From Camelus ferus (taxonomy: Eukaryota): a stretch of DNA of 64,000 nucleotides. Positions 12,571 to 25,001 of this stretch are shown here, in pieces (within the stretch, counting starts at the first letter, position 1; each line of letters opens with the position of its first letter). The position numbers were made by a program, and so were the translations under genes. Where the stretch lies: positions 32,488,001 to 32,552,000 of the forward strand of contig NC_045705.1 of NCBI RefSeq assembly GCF_009834535.1. Direction: 5' to 3'. Below the pieces are notes generated by a model that worked only from the letters and a program-made list of their open reading frames with translations, made no database searches and was not told the origin of the DNA.

Positions 12571-13794
12571 CCACTGGTATTGGCTAACAATCTACTTAAC
12601 TTTTTATTAATTTGTATACACAATTTAGCCTCTGTAATAAACAGTTCTATGAAATTTATGACAAAAATGCATAGAGTCAAGTAACTTAGATAACATGCAG
12701 AACAGTTTCTTCATCTTAAAAATTCCCTGAATGTATCTCCTAGTCAAATACTGTCCCCTCCCCAAAGCTTTGATCAACTGAATTGAACTCTTTCTCCTAA
12801 AGTTTAAGAAATGAGAAGATAAAACATTCTCTGGGAAGAGCCTTTGATGATATATAAAAAACTCATGTTGAAATAACATAGAAACACAATCCTAACAATT
12901 TGTGGCTAATAACTGCTCTTTGTTGTCATTCAAATTCAAGCTAACTTATTCATATGCATCAGTTTATATAGAAGATTTTTAGTTAATTTTCCAACATCCC
13001 TGTACCAAGTACAACTCATGCCATTTTATAGCAAGACATAAACAAAGCCATGGCATTTTTCCATCTGTATTAAGTATGTTTGCCCATTTAAAACAACATT
13101 AAGTACTGCATATTCACAGAATACTCACATATCTTAAGCATATTTCATGCTAGTACATTTATCCTGATTAACACTGACAAACTGCGATCATGCCAAGCTG
13201 TGAGATGTAAGGATTTGCTGCTTCTTCCTGTTCAATAAACCACATGTGTTAATGCATCATGTACAGTGTCACACACTAACACACCGACCCTCCCATGGCC
13301 ATTATATTGAAGCCCAGTGTTATCACTGGAAATTTGTTTCATAGAAAACTACACAGTAAATTGTATATTCAAAGTCAGTATATGAAACAAGTAAGTCCCC
13401 TGCTGTTTCCTCACAAACCATATTCACTATCGTTTGCTTATCCATCATCAAATCCGCAGTCCCTAGAGAAGCAAACTTCCCCTTGTTTTGGACCCCAGGG
13501 TTTGCATCAAATGCCTTACTGATCCTCCTTTCACTTACGTCTTTTAGTTCACTAGATACAAGTTAATTTGTGTTTTTCACCTTCTGTCTATTTGAAACCT
13601 CTCAGAGATATATCTGAAGTATTTGGTGCACCTTCAATTAAATGCGGGACCCCCTCAATTACTGAGAAGACAACAGAAAATGTACTATATTGGAAAAAGA
13701 AAAATAATTCCATATTTCCTTTCCTACCCCTCCCCCCACCAACCCAATAAAACCCTTTTCAGTACTGAGGATTATTTTGTTTCTTTAAAGATGC

Positions 13795-14242
13795 TGTTTA
13801 TGTTAGTTTGAGCTGCCATAACAAAATACTGTTTTTAAAAACAGGGAGGCTTTACCAACAGAAATTTATTTTCTCATGGTTCTGGAGGCAGGAAAGTCCA
13901 AGATTAGGATTCTGGACAATTTGGTTATTTGTAGGCGCTCTCTTCCTGGATTGTAGATGGCTGCTACCTGACTGTGTGCTCATATGACCACTTCTGTGTT
14001 AGTGCATGTGGTGGGGGTGGGGAGGGTAGGAGGGGAGTGTAGAATGAGAGAGAAAGAGAGAGGAACACTAGTGTTTCTCCTTATAAGGACACTAATTCCA
14101 TCATGAAGGCCCCATTCTCATGACCTCATCTAACCCTAGCCTCCTCTGGGAGGTACCCAAAGGCCCATCTGCAGACACCATCACAGTGGAAGGGAGGGCT
14201 TCAGCCTGTGAATTTTGGGAGGATACAGTTGAGTTCATAGCA
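13795..14242 (-). mobile_element. MLT1 (ERVL-MaLR) solo LTR
   Basis: TG...CA termini, MLT1 hallmarks (gctgccataacaaaatac; ggcccattctcatgacctcatctaaccc) and a perfect 5-bp TSD GATGC (13790-13794 / 14243-14247). Confidence 0.9.
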
Positions 14243-14689
14243 GATGCATTGTTTCTTAATAAGTTTTAAAATAAAATTCTTTCTGCACCCCCTTGCTATG
14301 GACACAGATTGGCTAAGAAATCAATCTGGAAGAGTGCTCTTTAGAAGAGCTCACCAAGGAAATTAAGGAATAATGGATAGAGATAACCTGGAAGAAGAAA
14401 TGAATATTTCATGAGCATTTCAAAGAGTAAGCCAAAGAGGGTCATGTCTCAACATGTTCAGAAACAGATCCTTGGAAGAGTTAGATATTTAGTTCTTTGA
14501 AAGATATGCTGTTGGAAAGTTTCTTATCTTTTTCAAGGATAGACTTAAATCCTGTTGTTGAGCAAAAACATTATGAACAATTAAGACAGCAATCAGTAAA
14601 TGATAGCAGCTCAAAAACGAGGGGATGCTAGGGCAATAATGTCATACTAAAGGCAGAGCTGTAGTTGTGAGGTTCCTCAAACACGAGAG

Positions 14690-14873
14690 CGATGCTAATT
14701 GATCTCCAGCAGACCGTGGGCTCCCTCTGGGGTGTGGTCTGTAGCTTTCCTGATGATCTTACGTCAGACCCTCAGTAAGATCCCTTGGGGTAGGTCATTG
14801 ATAAAACCCTGCAGTTCATTGCTGCACAAACCCACTTGGAGAAGAAATAGGAACACCCTCTACCCAGGTAGTT
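14690..14873 (+). promoter_or_regulatory. Putative promoter / 5' non-coding exon of the OR8U-like pseudogene, donor CAG|GTAGTT (GT 14868-14869)
   Basis: Homeodomain site CTAATTG (14695-14701); O/E sites TCCCTCTGGG (14722-14731) and TCCCTTGGGG (14781-14790); homologous to 2800-2994. Confidence 0.55.
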
Positions 14874-16783
14874 ATGAAGATTGTTTTTAAAAATTGTGAC
14901 AAAAATCTGAATTTTTAAAGTCAACTAGAATAGAATAGATTTTAAAATAAAACTTTTTGGGTGGCATTTTAGAAACGAGGGTAAGAATGTTTCTTCTAAT
15001 TTTATTTCAGCTGTATAGGTATGGGCTATTATATGATATACATTTTATTAGTTTGGAGTAAAAATTTGAGATCTCTAAGATAGAATCTACTCAATCATTT
15101 GGACAAGTCAAGCGCTTAATTGATTAGATTGTAAACTATGTCTAAACTGTTTTCATTTTTGCGAAAGCTAGTCATTTTACCCAGAATGAGAGGTGAGCAC
15201 ATTAAAATAGTCATCACTACATCCCTTAATATATTTGAAATAACTAAAGAACATTAATTATGAGCAGGAGAAATAAATTGAAATTTTATTACCAAAATTA
15301 ATCTTTAATTCCCCATTACCAAGCATCTAGAAGGGGCTGCATTAGGAAATGAATCAAAAAGTCATGGTTTCTACCCATGTCTACAGTCTCTCTAGAAAAC
15401 AAATATGGAAACAGATGGAAACTACAAATGATGTGCAAATAATTTATGCATAAAATGTTTCCAGAATGCAAAAATGAAAACTGGCAGGTAACAGAGCATG
15501 GGAATTGGAAGTTAGGGAGATCTTTACAGGAAAGGTGGGATTTTGATAGGCCTTGAAGGATAAATACGAGTTTTTCTTCCAACCCTTCATTCACCATTCA
15601 CCTGGTAGAAATGAACACAGGAAAAAGAACATATGAAGCAGGGACGCATATACAGTCTTCTTATTGTAACCGAGGACCACAAAACAATTACTTTAATTAG
15701 ATCAACGTGTGTTAGCTGTGGCAGAAGTGAAAAGATGTAAATGGAAGTCGAAGATAAAATATCATGGGTTAGATGCTAAAAGATCATATATAATATACTT
15801 TCAAATACATTTGCATACATTTGCATGTGCCACCTTTAAGATAAGATGAAATGGCATATTGAAGTTCTTACAGCTGCTGAACAGGGGAGTCCTAGCTGGT
15901 ATTATGGGGCTTGTAAGCCAGATTTCTAATCAAACAGTTGCTTGATTATTTCAAAATGGAATTTATATATTTGACCACTAACTAGGCTTTTAAATACTTC
16001 CATGACCTACTCATCTCACGTAATGATCAATAGCATCCAAGACTGTCCTCTTCCCATAGAAAGTTGTAGACACTTGCACAAAGACACAGTTAAAAATTAT
16101 TTTTGATTTTGACGTCCATGATTTATGAAGAACATCTACCTTCTCCTGATGTATACTTACATCTGTTTCCTGACATAAGAAAATGTATCAAGTAGGCTAT
16201 ATATTCTTCTGCTAATTTATTCTATGTTGAGACTATTATTTGAAGAGCTAAAAATAAAAATGAGACACTCTTCTGTGTCTTTAATTTAACATATATATTG
16301 CATATAAATCTTTAACTACAGATGTCTGCATCCAACCGTTAAGGATTGTCTGTGTCTTGTTGTGTAAATTCCATGTTCTAGTATCTTACGCTGACCAATG
16401 AGCACTGTCTACCCCGCTACCAGTGAATTTTTAAAGTGATTACACTGACTTCACCCTACATCTACCTTTTACTAGATCAGGGGAGCAATTTTAACATAAT
16501 ATTTTCTATTTTAAAACCTGCTCGTGTAGGCTATGTGCAGACACATTATTTTATCTTAATGTTTGCATTTTTTAGATATAAAATAGCACCATTTACAGAT
16601 TGAGAAACTGAGGGACAAATGGAATTTTTGACATGCTCAAATTAATGTAACTAGAGGGTGATGGAGCCATTTAAATATAGGTCTCCCAATTTTATTCATG
16701 GTTCTCTCCACTGTATCCCAGTTGGTATACGTATCAATGAAATGATAGTTTTCAGTAGTTACCTGTCATTCAAAAAGCAAGCG

Positions 16784-16868
16784 TTCCATAGTATTTCCAT
16801 AGTATTTCCTTTTCATAAATACAAGTTTTTATGAGAAATTCCATAGTATTTCCTTTTCATAAATACAA
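16784..16868. repeat. Local duplication: 11-bp tandem repeat plus 30-bp direct repeat with a 14-bp spacer
   Basis: TTCCATAGTATTTCCTTTTCATAAATACAA at 16795-16824 and 16839-16868; extra TTCCATAGTAT at 16784-16794. Confidence 0.95.
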
Positions 16869-18175
16869 CAATATAAGTGAACTCAAATGGAAATTTTACA
16901 TTTATTTTCTAAGAAGGAGTGTGCCTCTGTTATTTCTTTCAGTAAACAAACCAAGAAAGCCTGAGTAATTTCACTAAGAAGCACACTCACTAGTACATAA
17001 CATTGCCATGATTCAAACTCTAGTCTCATACTTTTAATGGTATGCCCTACTGTATTTTGATATAAAAGATCATTATCAACATGATAAAATAAATGCTTCT
17101 AATGTAGCATGAATAGATAAGAATCAGAATGCATAGGCTGATGATTCTGCAAGTCTAATTTCTAGAATGTGCTGAGCAATTTATGTTTTCTTAAGACTTT
17201 TTAAATTTTTGTGTGGAGAAAGAGAGAGAAATATGACATAAGACTTTATGGGGTTTACTAAAAGAAAATGTATAGCAATAAACAAAACTCATTTCTAGTT
17301 ATCTTATTCTGTCCTAAATTAAAGCTTATATTGAGGTTTATATTTTAATTACGAACATCAGACCATAAGGATAGGTAAAATGAATGAAGATAATCCATTT
17401 CAAATGTCAACCTAAAAAAAAGAGAGAAACTGAGGTAAGCTTAAAATTGTACAAAATGAGTTGGTTTGGGAATAGTTTGAGCTGTAATTTGGGAAACATA
17501 AACTCTAGCAAGCTGCAAACAAATCCATTGAGGGCTTAGGGTAGGCTGTGTTTATGGAGTGGATATAAACAAGGGGGAGTTCAATCAGAGTCAGTTAAAA
17601 GAAACATAGTTCATATCAGGGTGCCCTCTCCAAAAAAATTAAATTTAAACTTAAATTAAAAACAAAAACAAAAAAACAGAGACCATCCTTGATGTGTTCA
17701 TGGTAAACTTCTACCAGTTACTATTCATTTACTTTGCTCTGGCTGTTTCTGAATTTTTCACAAGTCCAAGCAGCAAGTTTATGGGCTCAATGATGCAGAG
17801 AGATTCTTGGATAAATTTCAGTGTTCGGTACATCAAGCATTTAAGGGAAATCAGCCTGTCACTCCTCATCAGTCCTTACCTTTTGTTTGCCTGAGGGCAT
17901 ATATGTGAGATTTTCCACTTTCTATCTTCCAGTTTCACTTTAGATTGAAATTCTTTCACAAAAATACTACAGTAAAAACATGAAAATTAATATAAAAATA
18001 ATCCAAATCTGTATGTTTTTAGTTTGGAGCCATGTACATTGATATAATTCTATTAGAAAGTAAATATCACTTTTATTTTAACTAAGCAAAATGTTTTTAA
18101 AATTTGAAGGTTTTCACTGAATTTGATCAGTTCAGTTGATGCTTTACATAGAAAGATGTCTGTGAAACATTATAT

Positions 18176-18640
18176 TGTTACGGAAACGACAGGCCAGCCA
18201 AGAAACAAGCACCACTCGGAGGGTTGGAGTACTCAGATGTATTACGCCGGTGGGCTCAGAGGGGCTTCTGCTCCGAAGCTCTGAGCACTTTCAAGATGTG
18301 CGTATGAGGTTTTATAGGGTAAAGTACAAGCTTGGGGTATTAGGCCAATAGGCATGGAACAGCTTTAGCAGCATTATTATCACAAAAGTGGAGGCGGGGA
18401 GGCAGCAAACCAACATTCCAAAGCCAGATATATCTCTTTGAAAATCCAGCTGGCTAGCAAAAAAAAATAAACCACAAACCAACACTAATTAACTTAGATT
18501 TACAAGTTAGTCCAGCAGAACTCAGATCAGTATTCCGATACTTAAATTTGTGAGTTATCTTGTTAGACCAGCCCAGCCTCTCCTTCACATTCCTAGACTT
18601 GTGAGTTATCTTGTTAGACCAAACTGGTTTTTCCTTCACA
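18176..18640 (-). mobile_element. Young ERV1-class solo LTR, family B, copy 1 (465 bp)
   Basis: TG...CA termini, perfect 4-bp TSD ATAT (18172-18175 / 18641-18644), retained CpGs, close homolog at 32193-32657. Confidence 0.95.
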
Positions 18641-18739
18641 ATATCAATAAACGCTTGGTGAAATCTAGGCAATGCACCAACAGAACAAATCGGGAGTATT
18701 GAGAACTTAATAGTGGGTGGGTTGCTGCCTCAGAAAAAC

Positions 18740-18835
18740 ACAAGTTTGAATCCCAGCTGTGCTAGAGACTGGCTGCCTGAGTATACTGCAGGTGCTTAAT
18801 CTCTCAGACTTCTTTCTCCATCTGTAGAATGGGCA
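18740..18835 (+). mobile_element. MIR fragment
   Basis: gtttgaatcccagctgtgc...cttaatctctcagacttctttctccatctgtagaatggg is a MIR core. Confidence 0.65.
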
Positions 18836-19434
18836 CATAAGAAACAAAGTAAATAAACAGCCTGTAAAGCATGCGTTAGCATCTTTCGTAAAGTTACCTA
18901 TTTCCAGCATTTGCATTAACACAATTATGAAGATTCTGTAGTCATGTATGGTGACTTCTTGGCAATAAGTAATGTTATACAACAGTTGAATATAGCATTG
19001 CAGCAATGTGGAGTTTGTATCACACGGGCAAGTCTGTCTGGGTAATGTCACTGCAGAAGATTCAATTTCCTTTATATTATCAATGTTAGGATTTTTTTTT
19101 TTGGAAAAACAATAGTTCAAAATTTTGAAATATTGATGGCAAAATTTGAATAATATAAAGTCAAGAGCTTTGAAAAGAGAGCCAGTGTGGACTGAATCAT
19201 GTCCCACAGCTCTTAACGTTAAACGCAATCGACTTCGGGAAACACAATGTGCCTTTCCTACAAAAGATTTCTTTTTGATCTTTGTCCCATCCCCTGGCTC
19301 CAAGGATGCTAATGATTTTAATATTAGCATTTTCCTGTTAAAAATGAAGTGGCTTTAAAGGATATTACAATTCAAATTTAATTTAATTCAGCTGCTTTAA
19401 TTCTCCTCTCTTTAAGCAGACATACTGAAGACGC

Positions 19435-20393
19435 ATGACCCAGATCAACTGCACGCAGGTGACAGAGTTCATTCTCGCGGGCCTCACGGATCGTCAGGAG
19501 TTGAAGATGCCCCTCTTTGTGCTCTTCTTATCCATCTACCTCTTCACAGTAGTAGGCAACCTGGGTCTGATCCTGGTCATTAGAATGGATGTGAGACTCC
19601 ACACACCAATGTACTTCTTTCTTAGCAACCTGGCCTTTGTTGATTTCTGTTATGCTTCTGTCATCGCACCCAAGATGCTGGGGAACTTCTTGTACCAACA
19701 GAACGTGATCTCCTTCAATGCACGTGCTGCTCAATTAGGCTGTTTCCTGGCTTGCCTGACAGCTGAGTGTCTGCTCCTGGCTTCCATGGCCTATGACCGC
19801 TATGTGGCCATTTGTAAACCTCTCCTCTATATGGCTGTGATGTCCCCAAGAAACTGCATCCAGCTTGTGGCTGCCCCCTACAGCTACAGCTTTTTGGTCG
19901 CCTGTTCCATACCCTCCTCACCTTTCACCTCTCCTATTGCCACTCCAACATCCTTAACCATTTCTACTGTGATGACATGCCTCTCCTCAGGCTGACGTGC
20001 TCAGACACTCACACCAAGCAGCTGTGGATCTTTGTCTGTGCTGGTATCATGTTCATTTCTTCCCTCCTGGTTGTCTTTGTCTCCTACGTGTACATCATCT
20101 CTGCCATCCTGAGGATGCGCTCAGCTGAGGGGAGACGCAAGGCTTTCTCCACGTGTAGCTCCCACATACTGGCAGTCACCATATTCTACGGGTCCCTCAT
20201 CTTCATGTACTTACAGCCAAGCTCTCACCATTCCCTGGACACAGACAAGATGGCCTCTGTCTTCTACACGGTGATCGTTCCCATGTTGAACCCTTTAATC
20301 TACAGCCTTAGGAACAAGGAGGTGAAGGATGCCTTGAAAAAAGCGATCATCAATGGAAACCAGGTTTTTATGTTCATGAAGTTAAGAAAGTGA
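19435..20393 (+). pseudogene. OR8U-like olfactory receptor pseudogene, tandem paralog of the gene at 7360
   Basis: 1-bp deletion at about 19901 (GCC CTG becomes GCCTG) splits the ORF. The conserved Cys before TM3 is mutated (ISFNARAAQ versus ISFNACAAQ). Tandem acceptors AAG/CAG at 19414-19419. Confidence 0.92.
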
Positions 20394-21079
20394 CTTGAAT
20401 AAATAAAAATGAAATTTCCTTCACGTTTTTTTCTCTTAAAAATATTAGAATGCCTGTTCCTCATATGTGATTTTTACATATCTGTTCACTGTACAATAAA
20501 ATTCTCTGAAGATTTTTACTTAGAATGAGATTTCATACATAAGAGTAAACATAAGAAGTTATGTCCATTCTCTTACTTTTCAAATGAAAATGCATTAAAA
20601 ATAATTAATTAGCTGCTCCATAAGAATTTATTCCAGATTTCCTGTTTCTCAAATGAAGAATTGCATGAAAGCTATTATCTGTTTATATAACCAGTATAGG
20701 ACAAAAGTTCAGCCTCTCCACCCGTCCAATATCCCCAGTTCAGAAGTCTCCAGCTTTATTAACAATATCCCATGTGAAAACAAAAAGATGCATAGCACAA
20801 ATAATTTTTCTTGATTTGCTAGTTTCTTCAGAAAATATGACAATATAAAACTGCTCCATATTGATATATTTAACAAATTCTCTTTATTCAAGAGAACAGT
20901 ATTGTATTGTAACTTTTTCAATATCACTGCTTTAACATGACCTAAAGTCTGGTTTAGTCTCTAAAGACTAATTCTCAAGTGAACTGCTTTTTTTTTTTAA
21001 GCCTATGAGACCTCATTATATTTTTTCCAACTGTCTAAAAATTAATAATAATAATAATGTAATTCAGTGTAATTCAAGG

Positions 21080-21335
21080 TAGAATCCCAGAGGCATCATA
21101 CATTCTAAATAAACACACTCAAAATAATTGAAACATCATAGACCATCTTGCCAGTAGCAAGGATTATGTACAGTTATACTGGGCAGATCTTGGGTAAGTT
21201 GGTCATTACTGGGTAAGGAATAGCTTCTTAGAACACAGTGAACCCATTAGGCAATGCATCCTTGGGAGAAGAACGTACGCCTTGTAGTCCAAGGAGGGCA
21301 CTGTACTAGGTGTGGGCTCTCACCAGGTTAGTTAC
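21080..21335 (+). promoter_or_regulatory. Candidate promoter / 5' exon region of OR5AL1
   Basis: O/E-like TCCCAGAGG and TCCTTGGGA, homeodomain cores CATTAG and CAATTA, and three donor-like sites (TGG|GTAAGT, TGG|GTAAGG, CAG|GTTAGT) 3.7-3.9 kb upstream of the ATG. Motif inference only. Confidence 0.35.
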
Positions 21336-22779
21336 CAATTAAATAAGGACAATACTACAAAACTTGGAGACTTTTAAACTCTTAAACAACATACAAAAGG
21401 TAATAATAAATGGCAGGTGCATGCCTATCATCTCCCTTCCTTCTCTGAGTCTAAAGACCTGAGTTCTTGTCCCAACTCTACTAATAAACTTGAGGGAGCA
21501 ATTTATACATGGGGGTTACCCTACACAACTGATAACTGTGATATGGACAGGTAGATACACAGATGGAGAGACAGAGATAGAGATGCGCCTGTATGCATTT
21601 CAAATAAATGTAATAATTTTATAATTTTCAGTTACATAGAAATTGATTTTGAGTTTGCAACTCATGCATATCATTTTAATATATATGGGTATTAATATAT
21701 ATATGCCATTTGAATGCTTAATGACAAAGACTACAAAGCTGCTACTAACAGCTAGAGAGGGGAGATTTAACATATATTTTCACTGCTCACAGAACACAGG
21801 ACTAGCTTAATCCATGTTTCTCAAACATTAATTTTTTCATTATTTATTTAAACACATTTGCCTACTATTGGACCATTTCAGTGGCTCCCAGTTTTCTCCC
21901 AAAGCCCCTGCAGCAGGTTTTGAGTCTGTCCTCTAGATACCGGATGCCTGTCATTACTGTCCTTGACCTCCCATCTTGGCAGGCTGGAGCAGTCACTGCA
22001 TCACAGCTCTTCTGGGAAAGGGCCTAGATTGCTTGGCATCTAAAATCCTGCTGGGTCTGACATTTCCCAGGTCAAAAAAAGATCTCTGGCAATTTTTTTC
22101 ACTTCTGTATACCTTAGTTTCTTCATCAGTAAGAAGGTGAAAATAATACCAACTACTAATTTTATTGTCGTAAGATCAAAAAAGACAATGGATAAAAAAC
22201 ATTTAAGAGTAAAAGATTTTTGAATTAATAGTTTTCAGATTTCCTACTCCTTATTTGAATATGATGAACATTTAGAAATCTATCTACAGTAAAATTTAAG
22301 AATTTCAGGTGAAAACTGAAGATATGGTACAGAACTATGAATATAAAAGAAAAAATTGTCATGATTTTCACCTGAAATGTGGTGATTTTGTAAATTGATT
22401 TTGTCCTTTTTGAGGATGACTGCTTTCAATTACCAAAGTAGTTCAAATTTCTTAACCTATGAATCTACCTAAGAAACATATCACAATGAGACATTTCCCC
22501 CCAAAAGGTGAGATTATGAGGTGCATTTTAGTGGTAAATAATTCAAAATACTTCAGACATCCATACGGGCACCAGATAAGCACAAGTTATAGCAATAACA
22601 ATATGAAAACTTAAACTGTCAATATTCATACACATGGAATGCAAGACAGAAATATACATGTGACACTGACATCAAGTGTGTGGACACAGAGTACAGCACA
22701 GACTGTGAAGACTGATTAAGAAGAACAGGAAGAAGGACCACAGTATCACCTCATAGACAGAACAACTGGTATCATTTGA

Positions 22780-23290
22780 CACATACAATGTGAGCGTTTT
22801 TCTGTTTGCATGCATATCTCTAGGTCATTACATATGATGTGAATATACAGGAATTATTTAACACTGTATAACCTGTTTAGCATGCTGCTTTTTTAACTTG
22901 ATTATATCATGAACGCTTTTCAGTATCAATAAATGTAGACCTACTTCAGCTTTTATAGTTGCCATTTACTAACTTACTGGAGAGCCATGTAAGATCTAAA
23001 CAACTATTAGAATATACCTAGACAACTTCCTGTTTTGGAGCAAGTAAAACCAGAACAATTCAGACACTTGCATACTTTTCATGACTTTCCTAAGTTTCTA
23101 GAGTTGAAGTCATTATGTCAAGGGGCAGGACTATTTTAAATAATTTTGAAGCTTACACTTACACTACCCTCCAGAAAGTTGACAACAATTATGCCTCTAT
23201 TGGACGTGTAAGCCTACATCACGTTCCCATGCCTTTACCAACAGTGGGTATCATCTATCATTTAATTTGATCAGTCTGATGGACACCTTT
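22780..23290 (-). mobile_element. Ancient L1ME-like fragment
   Basis: Antisense L1 ORF2-end / 3' UTR pattern (ccctccagaaagttgacaacaatt...ccaacagtggg); boundaries approximate. Confidence 0.55.
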
Positions 23291-23737
23291 GTTAGCTAGT
23301 CTTTTCATATTTAATTAATTTTTCTCCTTTGTAATTAATAAATATATTGGGAAAAGACACTCATTATGTATATATTCATATAGTGTAGGGAGAGACATCA
23401 TTAATTTAAAGTGCTGGTCTAGCATACAGTATAATCATATGTATATGTATCCTCTACCAAAATTATTTTGTATTATTTTGCTTAAAATACCGACCTAGTT
23501 TTATTTAACTATACCAGTGCAGTGAGTAGATACATAAAAAGTTGAAGTGTTATAAATGAGGTGAAAGAAAGGGCAGAAAATTATGGTCATTAAAAAAATT
23601 AATTTTAGATATTTAGCGTTTGCTCTATTGCCATTTAAATCATTTTTTTCAAATAGAGCCATGGAGTGGGACTTGCAAGTGGAATGATGGCAGGGCCCCC
23701 GATCCCAAGGTCAAGAATCTAAGAAGACATATTGTCA

Positions 23738-24840
23738 TTTTTTTTAAAATGAAGTGTAGTTAATTTACAATACTGTGTTAATTTCTGTTGTGCACCATAG
23801 GGATTCAGTCATATATATATATGTTACTTTTCAGATTCTTTTCCATCATAGTTTATTACAAGATTTTGAATATTTCCCTGTGCTATACAGTAGGACTTTG
23901 TTTTATCTGTTTTATACATAGTAGTTAGTATCTTCTAACCCCAAACTCCTAATTTATCTCCCCACTCTCCTTCCCTTCCCCATAACTGCAAGTTTGTTTT
24001 CTATATGTCTATGAGTCTGTCTCTGTTTTGTAAATAAGTTCATTTGCCTCATTTTTTAAGATTCCACATGTAAGTTGTATCATATGGTATTTGTCTTTCT
24101 CTGACTTACTTCATTTAATATGATAATCTCTAGGTCCANNNNNNNNNNNNNNNNNNNNNNNNNNNNNNNNNNNNNNNNNNNNNNNNNNNNNNNNNNNNNN
24201 NNNNNNNNNNNNNNNNNNNNNNNNNNNNNNNNNNNNNNNNNNNNNNNNNNNNNNNNNNNNNNNNNNNNNNNNNNNCCCTTGTAAATAATGCTGCTATGAA
24301 CACTGGGGTGCAAATATACCTTTGAATTTGAATTTTCTCCGGATATATGCCCAGGGATGGGATTGCTGGATCATACTGTAAGTCTATTTTTAGTTTTTTA
24401 AGAAATCTCCATACTGTTTTCCATAGTGGCTGCACCAATCTACATTCCCACCAACAGTGTCCACAGTCTCTCCAACATTTATCATTTGCGGACACTGTAA
24501 TGATGGCCATTCTGACAGATGTGAGGTGATACCTTATGATAGTTTTGTTCTGCATTTCTCTGATAATTAAAGATATTGAGCATCTTTTCACAGGCCTATT
24601 AGCCATCTGTATGTCTTCATTGCAGAAATGTCTGTTTAGGCCTTCTGCCCATTTTCTGATTGGGTTGTTTGTTTTATTGTTGTTGTATGAGCTGTTTTTA
24701 CATTCTGGAAGTTAGCCCTTGTCAGTCACATTCTTTGCAAATATTGTCTTTTCTTTTTGCTTATGGTTTTTTTTTGCTGTGCAAAAGCTTTTAAGTTTAA
24801 TTAGGTCCCACTGGTTTATTTTCGCTTTTATTTCCATTGC
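23738..24840 (-). mobile_element. 5'-truncated L1 (ORF2 C-terminus and 3' UTR), spanning an N gap
   Basis: Peptide [39 protein letters not shown] is the L1 ORF2 Cys-rich C-terminus; polyT at 23738-23745. Confidence 0.95.
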
Positions 24841-25001
24841 CAGAGCTAACGTGAAGATTCTCCTCTGAACACATTCATCATAAGATCATGGTGGGTCAGA
24901 ACCAGCTTCTAATACCTGCTTGATTATTGCCAAGGGAGACAGGAATACTCAGAATGTGTGCTCTGGGGGTTTTATTGTAAAAATATTTGAAAATCAGTAC
25001 C

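Noticed and set aside
16784-16868. CRISPR-like repeat-spacer-repeat
   Set aside because: Mammalian DNA, only two repeats, a 14-bp spacer and no cas genes.
18707-19330. 207-aa minus-strand ORF
   Set aside because: It starts at a non-ATG codon, overlaps a MIR and paralog-shared intron DNA, and has no recognisable domain.
24080-24606. ORFs containing X runs (also 50202-50511)
   Set aside because: They are artefacts of reading through N gaps; the real part of 24130-24606 is L1 ORF2.
23728-24845. TSD ATTG(T/C)CA around the large L1
   Set aside because: Only 7 bp with a mismatch, and it overlaps the L1's own sequence.
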